A DNA stretch of 64,000 nt from a virus: IMG/VR virus record IMGVR_UViG_3300045988_062794. One strand, given 5' to 3'. Both the position numbers and the translations under genes were made by a program. Every line of letters begins with the position of its first letter. Positions within the stretch are counted from its first letter, which is position 1. Below, one piece after another: positions 14,955 through 23,918 of this stretch. The notes under the pieces were generated by a model. That model saw only the letters and a list, made by a program, of their open reading frames with translations. It was not told where the DNA came from and made no database searches.

Positions 14955-15335
14955 ATGGCAGAAGTAGCAATTATCGCAATTGTAGTCATCTTATTAGCCA
15001 TCATTATCGGTAAGGCCAACCATAGTGATGCATTAATTTGGAGATTACTATTCGTCTTTAGCCTTACTGTTTGCGTATCTGTTGGTCTTCTCTATATTCT
15101 GAATGAAAAGCCAAAGCTTTCAGCTCAGACTATTGAGAAAGATAGTAAGATGATTATAGATGCAGACACGTCCCACACAGTAAACTTCAACCAGATTACA
15201 ATGGAAGAAGCGTCTTGTGACACTGTGGGTCAGGACACTACATCTTATGATCATCTTACTCGGATACAGTGCATAAACATGATGCCAGCAATTGCAAAAG
15301 CAATAGCTGAGCATGCTATCTTTGATTCTTCATAG
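14955..15335 (+). CDS. two-helix membrane protein (possible anti-sigma partner)
   Basis: 126 aa with AIIAIVVILLAIIIG and LLFVFSLTVCVSVGLLYIL. It lies 12 nt downstream of the sigma gene. The functional link is inferred from position only. Confidence 0.4.
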   Translation: MAEVAIIAIVVILLAIIIGKANHSDALIWRLLFVFSLTVCVSVGLLYILNEKPKLSAQTIEKDSKMIIDADTSHTVNFNQITMEEASCDTVGQDTTSYDHLTRIQCINMMPAIAKAIAEHAIFDSS

Positions 15336-15418
15336 ATGGTGAGATCTAAAGACATTACTGAGAATGAGAATTAGCTTAAAAGCGTAGTATTAACAATTTA
15401 AAAAGTATCAAACTTAAA

Positions 15419-16837
15419 ATGGGAAAGAATAAAACAGCAGCAAAGAAGGCTGCACAAGAAAAAGCAGTAGAGACTAAGCAAGGCGAAACTAAAGCCAAAG
15501 TAGAAACAAAGGTAGTAGAAACAAAGGAAAAACCTACAATTAAGGTTGATCCGAAACCGGCTCCTTCACCAACACCAGCACCTAAAGCTGAAGAAAAACC
15601 TACCGAAGAAGGTGGTGTACAGGTTGTTTCTCCTGTTGAACAGTCCTCTGCTCAGCTATCCGCAGAAGTATTCCAGAATGAGGATTTGCGGACGCTTTTG
15701 ATGAAGGATGTGCTTACTCCAGAAACTACTATTGATGCAAATCATATGGTAGAGCTGGCAAAAGTTGCAACTGAACGATTCAAAACAAAGGATCAGAAAG
15801 ATCCGCGCGTAATCGCAACTAATGAAATGATTGACGATGTAACTGCGTATTGTCTTGCACTTGCAGGAATCAACATGCAGATTCATGGTAAAAAGCTTGG
15901 TTTGTCTGTACCGGTTGAAGCTACCGCAAGTTTCGTACGAACTATGGGCTTCTTCGGTGTAGCTTTGCCTGAAGGTAAAGCAATCGAGGATCCTAAGAAT
16001 CCTGGTCAGATGATCTTGCCCTTTGAAGCTTCTGAAGAAGCAGTGAAAACTGTAAAGGAAGAGATCAAGATTCAGAAGAGTAAACCTACGATGGATCCGT
16101 CATTGTGGAAGAGTGATGACGATGCTAAGAAAGCAGTTCGTTATATCATGTCTGATACCTTGACTAAGGACAATCGCTTCTTAGTTTCTATTTCAAAGGT
16201 AAGAATGTACAAGATGCTTACTTCAGCTAACGAAGACGAAAAGAAGATGTGGGAAAACTCCAGCAATGCTGTTATCCTTGAAGTTATCTTCAACATCCTC
16301 GGTGATAGCAAGTCAACATTAATGAATGCTATCGGTGGTCAGATTTATTCCGCAGCAGCAACTCGGAAGAATCCAGTCTTAAGCCATCTTATAGCTAAGC
16401 GTAACTTCTCGCAGTTTAGTGACGAAGATATTCGTGATATCACGAAGGTATTCGTTAAATTTAAAGCTGCGGATAGCTCTAAAGACCCTCTTGAAAACAA
16501 CATTGCCTGGGTTGGCTTAACTCAAGGTAAGAAAGAGGATGCTTTACTTTATCCGAAACGTCTCAGTGACTTCGATAAGAATGTGATGAACCGTATTGAC
16601 AACTTATATCCGGACAAAGTTGGCGTACCATCTGATCCTGATTATCGTAGAAAAGCTTCAAACTTGATGATAACGATTATGAACCTGTATAAGGAGAATG
16701 ATCTGCTTCCTCAGGTATCTGAAACTGATTACAAACAGGCTGTAGAAGATGCTGTTAAAGCAACTTCAGGTGAAACTGCTCCGAAAGAAGAACCCAAACC
16801 AGCCGAAGACAAAAAGGATAAAGGAGAAAAGAAATAA
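15419..16837 (+). CDS. 472-aa protein with Lys/Glu/Pro-rich termini, function unknown
   Basis: Long ORF that looks G+C-richer than the neighbouring small ORFs. The N-terminus is KTAAKKAAQEKAVETKQGETKAKVETKVVETKEKPT.. and the C-terminus is ..KEEPKPAEDKKDKGEKK. Confidence 0.7.
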   Translation: MGKNKTAAKKAAQEKAVETKQGETKAKVETKVVETKEKPTIKVDPKPAPSPTPAPKAEEKPTEEGGVQVVSPVEQSSAQLSAEVFQNEDLRTLLMKDVLTPETTIDANHMVELAKVATERFKTKDQKDPRVIATNEMIDDVTAYCLALAGINMQIHGKKLGLSVPVEATASFVRTMGFFGVALPEGKAIEDPKNPGQMILPFEASEEAVKTVKEEIKIQKSKPTMDPSLWKSDDDAKKAVRYIMSDTLTKDNRFLVSISKVRMYKMLTSANEDEKKMWENSSNAVILEVIFNILGDSKSTLMNAIGGQIYSAAATRKNPVLSHLIAKRNFSQFSDEDIRDITKVFVKFKAADSSKDPLENNIAWVGLTQGKKEDALLYPKRLSDFDKNVMNRIDNLYPDKVGVPSDPDYRRKASNLMITIMNLYKENDLLPQVSETDYKQAVEDAVKATSGETAPKEEPKPAEDKKDKGEKK

Positions 16838-16853
16838 CTCCTAAATCAAAAGG

Positions 16854-17246
16854 ATGAGCCGTTTAACAGATTTTCTTTGGTGCGTATTGTTCGCTTTTGC
16901 AGCGGTTATTATTAGCATCAAATTGAGCCCACAAAGGGTAGAAGCTGTTGAGGTTAAACCTCATTACGAGCTTACAATTCCTAAGGTCGAGCCTAAGTCT
17001 TTTAACTTAGAGCTTGACCTCTCTAAGGGAACAGCGAGAGTAGAAAGTGACGCAGGAATCAGTAACGCTAACGTTACAGTAAATCACCCTGCACCACAAG
17101 TAATTAACAAACCTGCAAAGGTTAAAATTAAGAAAGTATATGAAACAAAAACTGAGGTGTTGTCGAAGGTCGTGATGTTTAAAATGCCTACCCCACGATT
17201 GATTCACACAACAACACCTGAGTATCCTACAAGGGTAGTGAAGTAA
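16854..17246 (+). CDS. N-terminally anchored hypothetical protein
   Basis: 130 aa with FLWCVLFAFAAVIISI. Confidence 0.5.
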   Translation: MSRLTDFLWCVLFAFAAVIISIKLSPQRVEAVEVKPHYELTIPKVEPKSFNLELDLSKGTARVESDAGISNANVTVNHPAPQVINKPAKVKIKKVYETKTEVLSKVVMFKMPTPRLIHTTTPEYPTRVVK

Positions 17247-19540
17247 TTAACATTGTGCTTACTGTAGAATGGCACCAGGGAAAACGAGTCTACCCCTGTA
17301 GTAAGAAGATAGATAGTGGTATTGTAGCTGATACACTTAAAAAGCAATAAAATCAGCGTATATAAATTACGATAAATCTGATCAATTTATGGTTTGTATA
17401 GACAAGTAATACAGAATACGAGAATATGATAACAGCTAACACTGTGATTCAAAAGGTAGTATAATAACTTGCTGTGGATTTATTACTTTATCCATGAAGA
17501 ATCAGCAAGAAAATGGGTAACGGGTATAACCCATAAAGCTCGAGAACCGTCTGGTGGAGCGATTACAACACGGCACGTAGGTCAGCAGACACGAAGGCAA
17601 AGTATACAAATGGGGTACAAATCCTTAAGTAAGTAGAAATGGCAATTCTACTGAATCCCCAATAGAGTCTGTAGGTACTATCAAGTACGGCATCACAGAA
17701 GGACGAAAAGGGTTAATTATCGTTAGAATTCCAAACTAATGATAGCCGTTTAGACTGACTAACGTCTTCGATGGGTCCAAACTATCGTTAAAAATAGCTA
17801 CTTCTAGTGTTCTACTCTACTGTTATTACTGCTTTGTATTACAGTAATAAAGATCTTGACAACATAACATATGGTATAGTTATGGATGAGTATGTGAAAG
17901 GAAGGATTCAAACCAAGAAAATTAATAATCGAAACTAAAAGCTGAGTGGCTATGATCCATACAAAGTTAAAGAGGTAACGGACTTTAATAGCGTATGACA
18001 GATTATCCGGAGCAGGTGCCAAACCTGTGCTTGAGAAAGCTTATTAGAATGTTCACTTAGCCTTGCAAACTAAGTTAAATAGTTCTTTTAAGGGGGTATT
18101 CCAGGTGCTAGGTCTAGATTATGTGGGAGAGATTACCACGTCTTTGCGAAATCAAGGATTAAGAAAGGTATAAGGTTTGAAGAACAGTGACCGAGTTTTG
18201 TGCTTACATTATTTAATGAGAGTTATGTCACTATAAGTCATGGAAACTAAGCACACAGTGGTAAAAGTACTGAGAACTACTACCAAACAACAGAGGTGCA
18301 GTAGCGATGCACGTTGTACGCAATAAAAAAGGAATCCTACCGCCTGCGGTGTTTTAAAGGTGTAGGTAAGTTTAGTTAAAGCTTTCTTTAATAGATATAA
18401 CGAAAGTGGGGCTAATGTATAGTCAATGGGCTAAATTCAAGTCTGTTAATCCAGAGAAATGTAAATGTTACGATGTTTACCTGAATCCAACGATTCATCA
18501 CTGGCTCGAGAGTTAACGAGACTCTTAAATAAAAGCGTGGATAACATGTCTAACTAACGTAGGTCCAAAAACCGAATAATAAATCTGTGGAAGTCCTCGC
18601 TAAGGAAACTGACTGCGACCACAGCTTGGCGAATGCGATTGCTTAGTAGTATCAGGGTATAATGCGCAACATTATATGTCCGAGAGAAAGCGTCTCATTG
18701 AAGCTTATAGACCTTTAAGAGTGAACCTAATAGGGAAACTATACTTATAGACCTGTCATAAGCGAGAGTAGATGAGAAGAGGTGAAAGTCCTCAATCTTC
18801 AACCAAGTAAAATAAATAAAATCCTAGTCATGGTTACGTTGGCATCCCTATACTTAGTAATAAGTATTATATGGCGTAAGAAGTAGGTATTAGTGAATAA
18901 CTATATGAATCCTATAAGTTATTACAAATAACAAAGAATGATGAAACTTACTTCATTCACTTCGCAGTTTTAGTAACGTTCTGAAAAACGACCGGACATA
19001 ACTACTTGCCCGATAGAGAGTTTTATTTTGTTGCCACATAAAATAATTATTAGAGGTCAATCTCTGGATAATCTAAAAGTTAGGCAGTTGTACGCTGTTT
19101 TATGTGAGTGCAGTTGGTCCTGAGACACCAGGAGAACCTTGGCAAAATATTACGGATCCTCTATGATAACGATTGTAGAGTATTTCACACATATTGACTG
19201 AACTAAGAGAATCCTTCGAAGAGTCTCATTAGCTCTGGTCATAAAGCGATTTGATAGTTCCAAAGTAAGATAAATAAGTAATTTTGTAGTATCTGTCTCA
19301 TATTATAAAAGGATATAGCAATAGCATAATATCAAGAAAGTTTATCTCGCTTCTAAAACAAATTAAAGTAAAAACAGTTTCTTTTCGTATTTCTATCTCA
19401 GTATCTCTTGAATGAGACACGACCGTGGTTTTAACCTATCTGATATAAGATGATGATAAATCGTGCATAAAAACAAAGAGAAGAATACGGAGCACCAATT
19501 AAAATTATTATTAACAAACTTATCAAAAGGAGAAAATAAA
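17247..19540 (+). ncRNA. candidate giant structured non-coding RNA region (boundaries and strand provisional)
   Basis: No credible ORF in any of the six frames over ~2.3 kb. All three stop codons are frequent in every frame. Helices paired by hand: 17258-17305 (10 bp), 17468-17509 (7 bp plus a nested 5 bp), 17513-17534 (6 bp), 17611-17661 with a nested helix at 17633-17651, 17823-17850 (9 bp), 18296-18312, 18508-18526 (with a plus-strand-only G:T) and 18776-18800. Internal repeated words are described in the findings. Confidence 0.45.
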
Positions 19541-20107
19541 ATGGCAAATATCAATTATAGTTTAGTAGTTGCATCTCAGTTAGGTGCACTTTTAGGAATG
19601 AATCTCATTCACATTCGTCGCAAAAATGTAGATCCCGACTATTCTAACAAAGAACGGGAAGGTAAACAACGTCTGGCAATTCCAGTATATATCTATGGTA
19701 TTGACCGTATTAAGATTAAGAAAGCTGAACTTGTAGACCTTGGTGAAGGTCAGCGGATTGTTCAGTTTAATGATGATCCGAAATTGCAGTTATCTCTGGC
19801 AAATGCAAAAGATATCACAGATGTTATTAAGAAACCAACTGTTCAGGAGGTTGCGAATGCTGTAATGGCTGAAGAAGCCAGTGCGCAACAGACGTTCTTT
19901 GTAGACGACAAAACTGCAACAGAACTTGCGGTTTCCTTTAACAACAGATCGTATAAGGAACTTTCCTCCATGATGGAGGTGCTCTCACGTCAGGCAGCCT
20001 GTTTAACGGATGCTAATGACGCTATGATGAATGCTTGCAAGTTAGAAATGGCACAGGTAGGTAAAAGTGTCGATTTCGTTCCCATTAACGTTAATGAAAC
20101 AAAATAA
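19541..20107 (+). CDS. hypothetical protein
   Basis: Track ORF 19463 (GTG) trimmed to ATG 19541, which is preceded by AAAGGAG. The product starts MANINYSLVVASQLG... Confidence 0.6.
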   Translation: MANINYSLVVASQLGALLGMNLIHIRRKNVDPDYSNKEREGKQRLAIPVYIYGIDRIKIKKAELVDLGEGQRIVQFNDDPKLQLSLANAKDITDVIKKPTVQEVANAVMAEEASAQQTFFVDDKTATELAVSFNNRSYKELSSMMEVLSRQAACLTDANDAMMNACKLEMAQVGKSVDFVPINVNETK

Positions 20108-20625
20108 TGACAGAACTAAGCAAGACTTCGAAGTTAAATCTCGAACGTATTCTTGCAGATGAAGATATTCGTAGCTCTTTGCTTTATAATGGCAAAAAGC
20201 CAGGTATCTTTAAATTAAATGCAGATGGATCGCTTACACTTGGTGAAACTACATTTGGTTGGTGGAATAGTTTTATTGGGTGTCAGCAGCACTTAAGCTT
20301 TTCAGATCTGACTGTACATTTGATTAATTTCATGGCTGGTGTTGGTAAAAATCAAAATGATTTTGCTCTGAATGGATTATTCCAAGATTTCGTTAACTTT
20401 GCACTTAAGCAGAAAGACAAGAATAGGATGGTAGATATCTTGTTAACTGCATATTTGTATGGTTATAAAGAAATACAGAAGGATGGAAGGAAACCTTCTG
20501 TGGATACAGTAATTAATTCAGTTATCAGACAACAAGATGTTCGTGATTTAGATGGTGTCGCTGTTTTAACCAGCGATGGTCCTGTATTACTAAGAAATAA
20601 CTTAGTATTCCAAAGACTTAAATAG
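20107..20625 (+). CDS. hypothetical protein
   Basis: 172-aa ORF whose ATG overlaps the upstream stop (TAATG). Confidence 0.6.
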   Translation: MTELSKTSKLNLERILADEDIRSSLLYNGKKPGIFKLNADGSLTLGETTFGWWNSFIGCQQHLSFSDLTVHLINFMAGVGKNQNDFALNGLFQDFVNFALKQKDKNRMVDILLTAYLYGYKEIQKDGRKPSVDTVINSVIRQQDVRDLDGVAVLTSDGPVLLRNNLVFQRLK

Positions 20626-20701
20626 GATATATCAATATGTTTTTGAATTAGGAAGGTATAATAAACATTAGTATATATGTTATTTTCGTAAAAAATATAG
20701 T

Positions 20702-20727
20702 AAAAGGATTAGGAAGGTTATCCTTTT
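20702..20727 (+). terminator. terminator-like hairpin
   Basis: AAAAGGAT/ATCCTTTT 8-bp stem with a 10-nt loop. The T tract is part of the stem, so this is a weak call. Confidence 0.3.
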
Positions 20728-20886
20728 ATATTGCTGTGATATGGTACTTATAAAAGAGTGCTAAGTGAAGGAAAGCCCCGAGAATAAGAAGGGGATGCTT
20801 CATCGAGGAAGACACAGCATCGATACATGTGAGCGTATTATCAAAATATTTACTCATATAAAATTATTAATTTAAAATATTTTTAT

Positions 20887-22200
20887 ATGGTTAAAACGTA
20901 CAATAACATTGCAGAATATGCCAAAAAGTTACTAATTGAAGCAAATCCGTATATTGATGAAAAAGATATTTATATCACAGCTAATACAGATATAGCTAGT
21001 ACTTTTCGAATATTAAAAGAAAAAGACTTAGCCTGTATTGACACAAGTGGTACTGAAGAAATACCATTAATACATTATACTATTTATAGTGAATCTTTAA
21101 AAGAAAAAGAGAAAGCATTTAGTAAAGAACGAGCATGTGAGCGTATTTTACAAGGTATAACTTCATATTCTTGTGAAGGGTTTACTGTAATTTCAGTTAG
21201 AGTAATTAATAAAGAAGAATCGCCAAGTGAAGAAGATTTTATACTATATGCTTTTACTGAAGCTATGTATAATCGAGCATTTGAATTAGCCTATAAAGAA
21301 GGAGAGATCAAATACACTATCGTACCAGATAATGGTATACATCGTGCAATCGTGCGTGATTCTATGATGGGAAAATATCTTGAATATATTAAAGTAGAAG
21401 ATATACCGTCTAATAGTGCTATTCATCAATGCAAAGAAGATATTCTTAAAAGTGCAGAGTTCTTCTTTAAGAATATTCCATTATTCTCACGATTTGGACA
21501 GAAACCGTTACGTAAGTTCTTATTGTGTGGAGAACCTGGAACAGGTAAAACTTCTATTTGTTATGATATTGCTAAGGAATATCAGAAAGATATACCTATA
21601 GTATTTGTGACAGATTTTGATTCTTTAGCAAAACACATTTCAGAATGTGCAAAGGTTAATAAACGAACCATTGTAGTATTTGAAGATTGTGAAGTTGGCT
21701 TCCGTAATTCTGCAATTGACTCTTCAATTCTTAACTTCCTTGATGGTATTGATCGACCGAATATTCAGGATGGTGCTATAGTTATTATGACTACTAATCA
21801 TCCAGAACGTATTGAGGCTCGTATTACCAAACGTCCAGGTCGTATCGATAAGTTATTCTTTATAAACGCCTTAGAAGGACAATCAGCAATTGATGTCTTT
21901 AACCTTTACTTTGGTGAATTTATGAAGGAAAATAATTTTGATGCTACTACTCAAACAGCAAAAGAAGCTATTGAAATTATTGCTTCTGGTATGACTGGTG
22001 CTCAGATTAAGGAATTATTTAACAGTTATGTTTGTTACATGGTATCAGAAGCAAAAGATTTTAACCTCAATGACGTATTTAATACGAAAGTTGAATTGTT
22101 TAAATCTTTTGATGACATGGACAAGAACTATAACTCTATAGAAGCTAATAAAGAGTTTGATAAAGCTCGAGGTAAAATTCTATCTGTTTTGAACAGATAA
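20887..22200 (+). CDS. AAA+ ATPase (classic FtsH/Cdc48-type AAA module)
   Basis: 437 aa. Walker A is LLCGEPGTGKTS, Walker B is IVVFEDCE, and the sensor/arginine region is IMTTNHPERIEARITKRPGRIDK. Confidence 0.8.
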   Translation: MVKTYNNIAEYAKKLLIEANPYIDEKDIYITANTDIASTFRILKEKDLACIDTSGTEEIPLIHYTIYSESLKEKEKAFSKERACERILQGITSYSCEGFTVISVRVINKEESPSEEDFILYAFTEAMYNRAFELAYKEGEIKYTIVPDNGIHRAIVRDSMMGKYLEYIKVEDIPSNSAIHQCKEDILKSAEFFFKNIPLFSRFGQKPLRKFLLCGEPGTGKTSICYDIAKEYQKDIPIVFVTDFDSLAKHISECAKVNKRTIVVFEDCEVGFRNSAIDSSILNFLDGIDRPNIQDGAIVIMTTNHPERIEARITKRPGRIDKLFFINALEGQSAIDVFNLYFGEFMKENNFDATTQTAKEAIEIIASGMTGAQIKELFNSYVCYMVSEAKDFNLNDVFNTKVELFKSFDDMDKNYNSIEANKEFDKARGKILSVLNR

Positions 22201-22206
22201 GCATAG

Positions 22207-22234
22207 AGTAGGAGAAATTAAGTTTTCTCCTACT
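22207..22234 (+). terminator. terminator-like hairpin
   Basis: AGTAGGAGAAA-TTAAGT-TTTCTCCTACT (11 bp). There is no clear T tract. Confidence 0.4.
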
Positions 22235-22287
22235 TACACTGGTAATTGATGCAAAATCGATAGTATTAATTTTAAAATCAAATCGAT

Positions 22288-22818
22288 ATGTTGACATCAA
22301 AAGATATTATTACAAAACGCGACACTTTGTCTGAAACCATTACTCGTAATTGGGATATCATTAAGAGTGAAAACGTAGTTTTTCGTGGTTATAAACGTAA
22401 CTATGATATGAAGTTAGTTCTTGATAACATTTTAACTCTGTGTAAGGAAAGAATTGAAGTAAAACTTCAGTCTTTAGCATTAAACCTTGGATTCGAAGAT
22501 ATTGACGATCTTCCCGAGGATAATAATTATGCTACAATCTATGCTATAAGTGAATTGAAAGAGATTCACAAGCAGTTAGGCATTGTTCCTACAATCGACC
22601 CAGAGATTATTAAAAAATACGGTAAGAAGAAAATGCGTAAAACGCAGATTTTGAGTCGAGCATATATTACGACCCTACGGAATACTATTCAGATTCAAAT
22701 CAATACTCTTACTGTAGAACTTGAAAACTTCAATAGCAGTCATTCATTGAAAAATGGTGATCGTAAGAAAGGAAAGTCTGTTACAATGGACTTCTCTAAA
22801 CAGAAAGCTGCTGCATAA
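22288..22818 (+). CDS. hypothetical protein
   Basis: 176-aa ORF. Confidence 0.55.
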   Translation: MLTSKDIITKRDTLSETITRNWDIIKSENVVFRGYKRNYDMKLVLDNILTLCKERIEVKLQSLALNLGFEDIDDLPEDNNYATIYAISELKEIHKQLGIVPTIDPEIIKKYGKKKMRKTQILSRAYITTLRNTIQIQINTLTVELENFNSSHSLKNGDRKKGKSVTMDFSKQKAAA

Positions 22819-22860
22819 TCGTTTGAAAGTCTCTGAAAATTTTACGGCAATTTGCTTGCC

Positions 22861-22926
22861 TTGTGTATAGTTTAATGGTAGAATATCTCGAAAGAGAAGA
22901 TATGAGTTCGAGCCTCATTACACAAC
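22861..22926 (+). ncRNA. 65-nt tRNA-shaped element E4 lacking an anticodon loop (GAAA tetraloop hairpin instead); twin of E2
   Basis: TTGTGTA|TA|GTTT-AATGGTA-GAAT|A|TCTC-GAAA-GAGA|AGAT|ATGAG-TTCGAGC-CTCAT|TACACAA|C. The architecture, the TAGTTyAATGGTAGAATA D-arm and the AGAT spacer are the same as in E2. A GGCAA/TTGCC hairpin (22846-22860) abuts its 5' end. Confidence 0.6.
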
Positions 22927-22976
22927 TCCGTTACAAATTAACATTTTACATTAACATCAAATTAATTAAGTAAGAT

Positions 22977-23771
22977 ATGGAAACAATTCATTTATACAAA
23001 ACAAAGAAAGAACTGATTGAAGAAAGTTCAAAACGTGGTATTACAGTAAAACAACTTATCGCTGAAATTAAAGCAACAGCAAAGGCTGAACGGCGAAAGA
23101 AAGTATTATCTCATCAACAGAAATTAAACTATTGGAAAGTACATCGCTTTGATGCTGATGTACAACTTGTCAAGAAACATACTTCAGCTCAAGCTCGTTT
23201 TGAGAAGGTAATTCAAGACAAGATTAAAGGTCTTCATCAGTTTAAGAAACAGACAAATATGTCTGATGAAGCTTTTGAAGCGGCAAAAGAACGTATTGAA
23301 AAGCACTCACAGAGAGAAAAAGCTCTCGAAGAGAGACGAGCTGATCGTAGAGCTCGAATCGAGAAAGAAGCTCTCAGAGTCACAAAAAAGATGAAAAGTG
23401 ACTTAGAAAGATTTATCCAGGCTGAACAATTACGAAAGACTCGAAAAGAGGAGAAACGGTCCAAATATGCCGGCAAAAAAGTGAAGGTCGCTCCTCGACC
23501 CATTGTAGACAACCCTCTTGTTAAGCTAAAGAAAGGAGAAGCTATTTATAGTATCGAAATTCGTTACCTTAACAGCAAGAGTGTTCTTCCTCCAACGTCT
23601 CCCTACACTATCGACAAGTTAGAGAAACGTATGTCTGATATTCATACTTATCAGTTAGGAAAGAAGAACAATGGTTATATAGGTGTATATGCCTACAATA
23701 TTGCTAATCCTTCTATTTGCGTGAAGGAAATGGTTAAGCCAGAAGAATCAAAACTTGATTCTGCAGCTTAA
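22977..23771 (+). CDS. basic, probably coiled-coil protein
   Basis: 264 aa with a central K/R/E-rich region. The antisense ORF 23237..23512 is considered spurious. Confidence 0.6.
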   Translation: METIHLYKTKKELIEESSKRGITVKQLIAEIKATAKAERRKKVLSHQQKLNYWKVHRFDADVQLVKKHTSAQARFEKVIQDKIKGLHQFKKQTNMSDEAFEAAKERIEKHSQREKALEERRADRRARIEKEALRVTKKMKSDLERFIQAEQLRKTRKEEKRSKYAGKKVKVAPRPIVDNPLVKLKKGEAIYSIEIRYLNSKSVLPPTSPYTIDKLEKRMSDIHTYQLGKKNNGYIGVYAYNIANPSICVKEMVKPEESKLDSAA

Positions 23772-23804
23772 CAAGCACAGGGGCGCGTCTGTAACGCGCA
23801 ATAA

Positions 23805-23903
23805 GGTAGGATAATAGTGTGATAAGCTATAAAAGGCACTATACAGTTTTGTGGGAACGAAACTAGGCGCATGTATAGGGCAGTTCGATACTGCATCCTA
23901 CCA
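23805..23903 (+). ncRNA. tRNA-shaped element E5 (99 nt, expanded arms)
   Basis: Acceptor stem GGTAGGA (23805-23811) / TCCTACC (23896-23902) with discriminator A. T-arm (G)GCAG-TTCGATA-CTGC(A). D-like stem AGTG/CACT around a 17-nt loop ending in GG. A 5-7 bp stem, CTATACA (23839-23845) / TGTATAG (23872-23878), encloses 26 nt at the anticodon position. A GC-rich hairpin GCGCGT/ACGCGC (23783-23799) lies just upstream. Confidence 0.45.
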
Positions 23904-23918
23904 CTAAATAACCACACT

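Noticed and set aside
17804-18022. 72-aa minus-strand ORF inside the 2.3-kb ORF-free block.
   Set aside because: It is isolated and antisense to the surrounding operon. It has no start context, and its sequence is low-complexity and hydrophobic (..FNFVWIIATQLLVSIINFLGL..). It is most likely a chance ORF.
17247-19540. The large spacer read as a replication origin, a group II intron or retron, or an array of decayed tRNAs.
   Set aside because: It has no iterons, DnaA-box-like repeats or long AT tracts, and it looks G+C-richer than its flanks. There is no reverse-transcriptase ORF and no recognisable GUGYG...domain V signature. No GTTCRAnnC T-loops occur inside it. A group I intron or another ribozyme cannot be excluded by eye.
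23871-23918. The track start of the DNA polymerase ORF (MYRAVRYCILPLNNHT-).
   Set aside because: These 16 codons lie entirely within the T-arm and acceptor strand of tRNA-shaped element E5. The conserved Exo I motif follows directly after the ATG at 23919.
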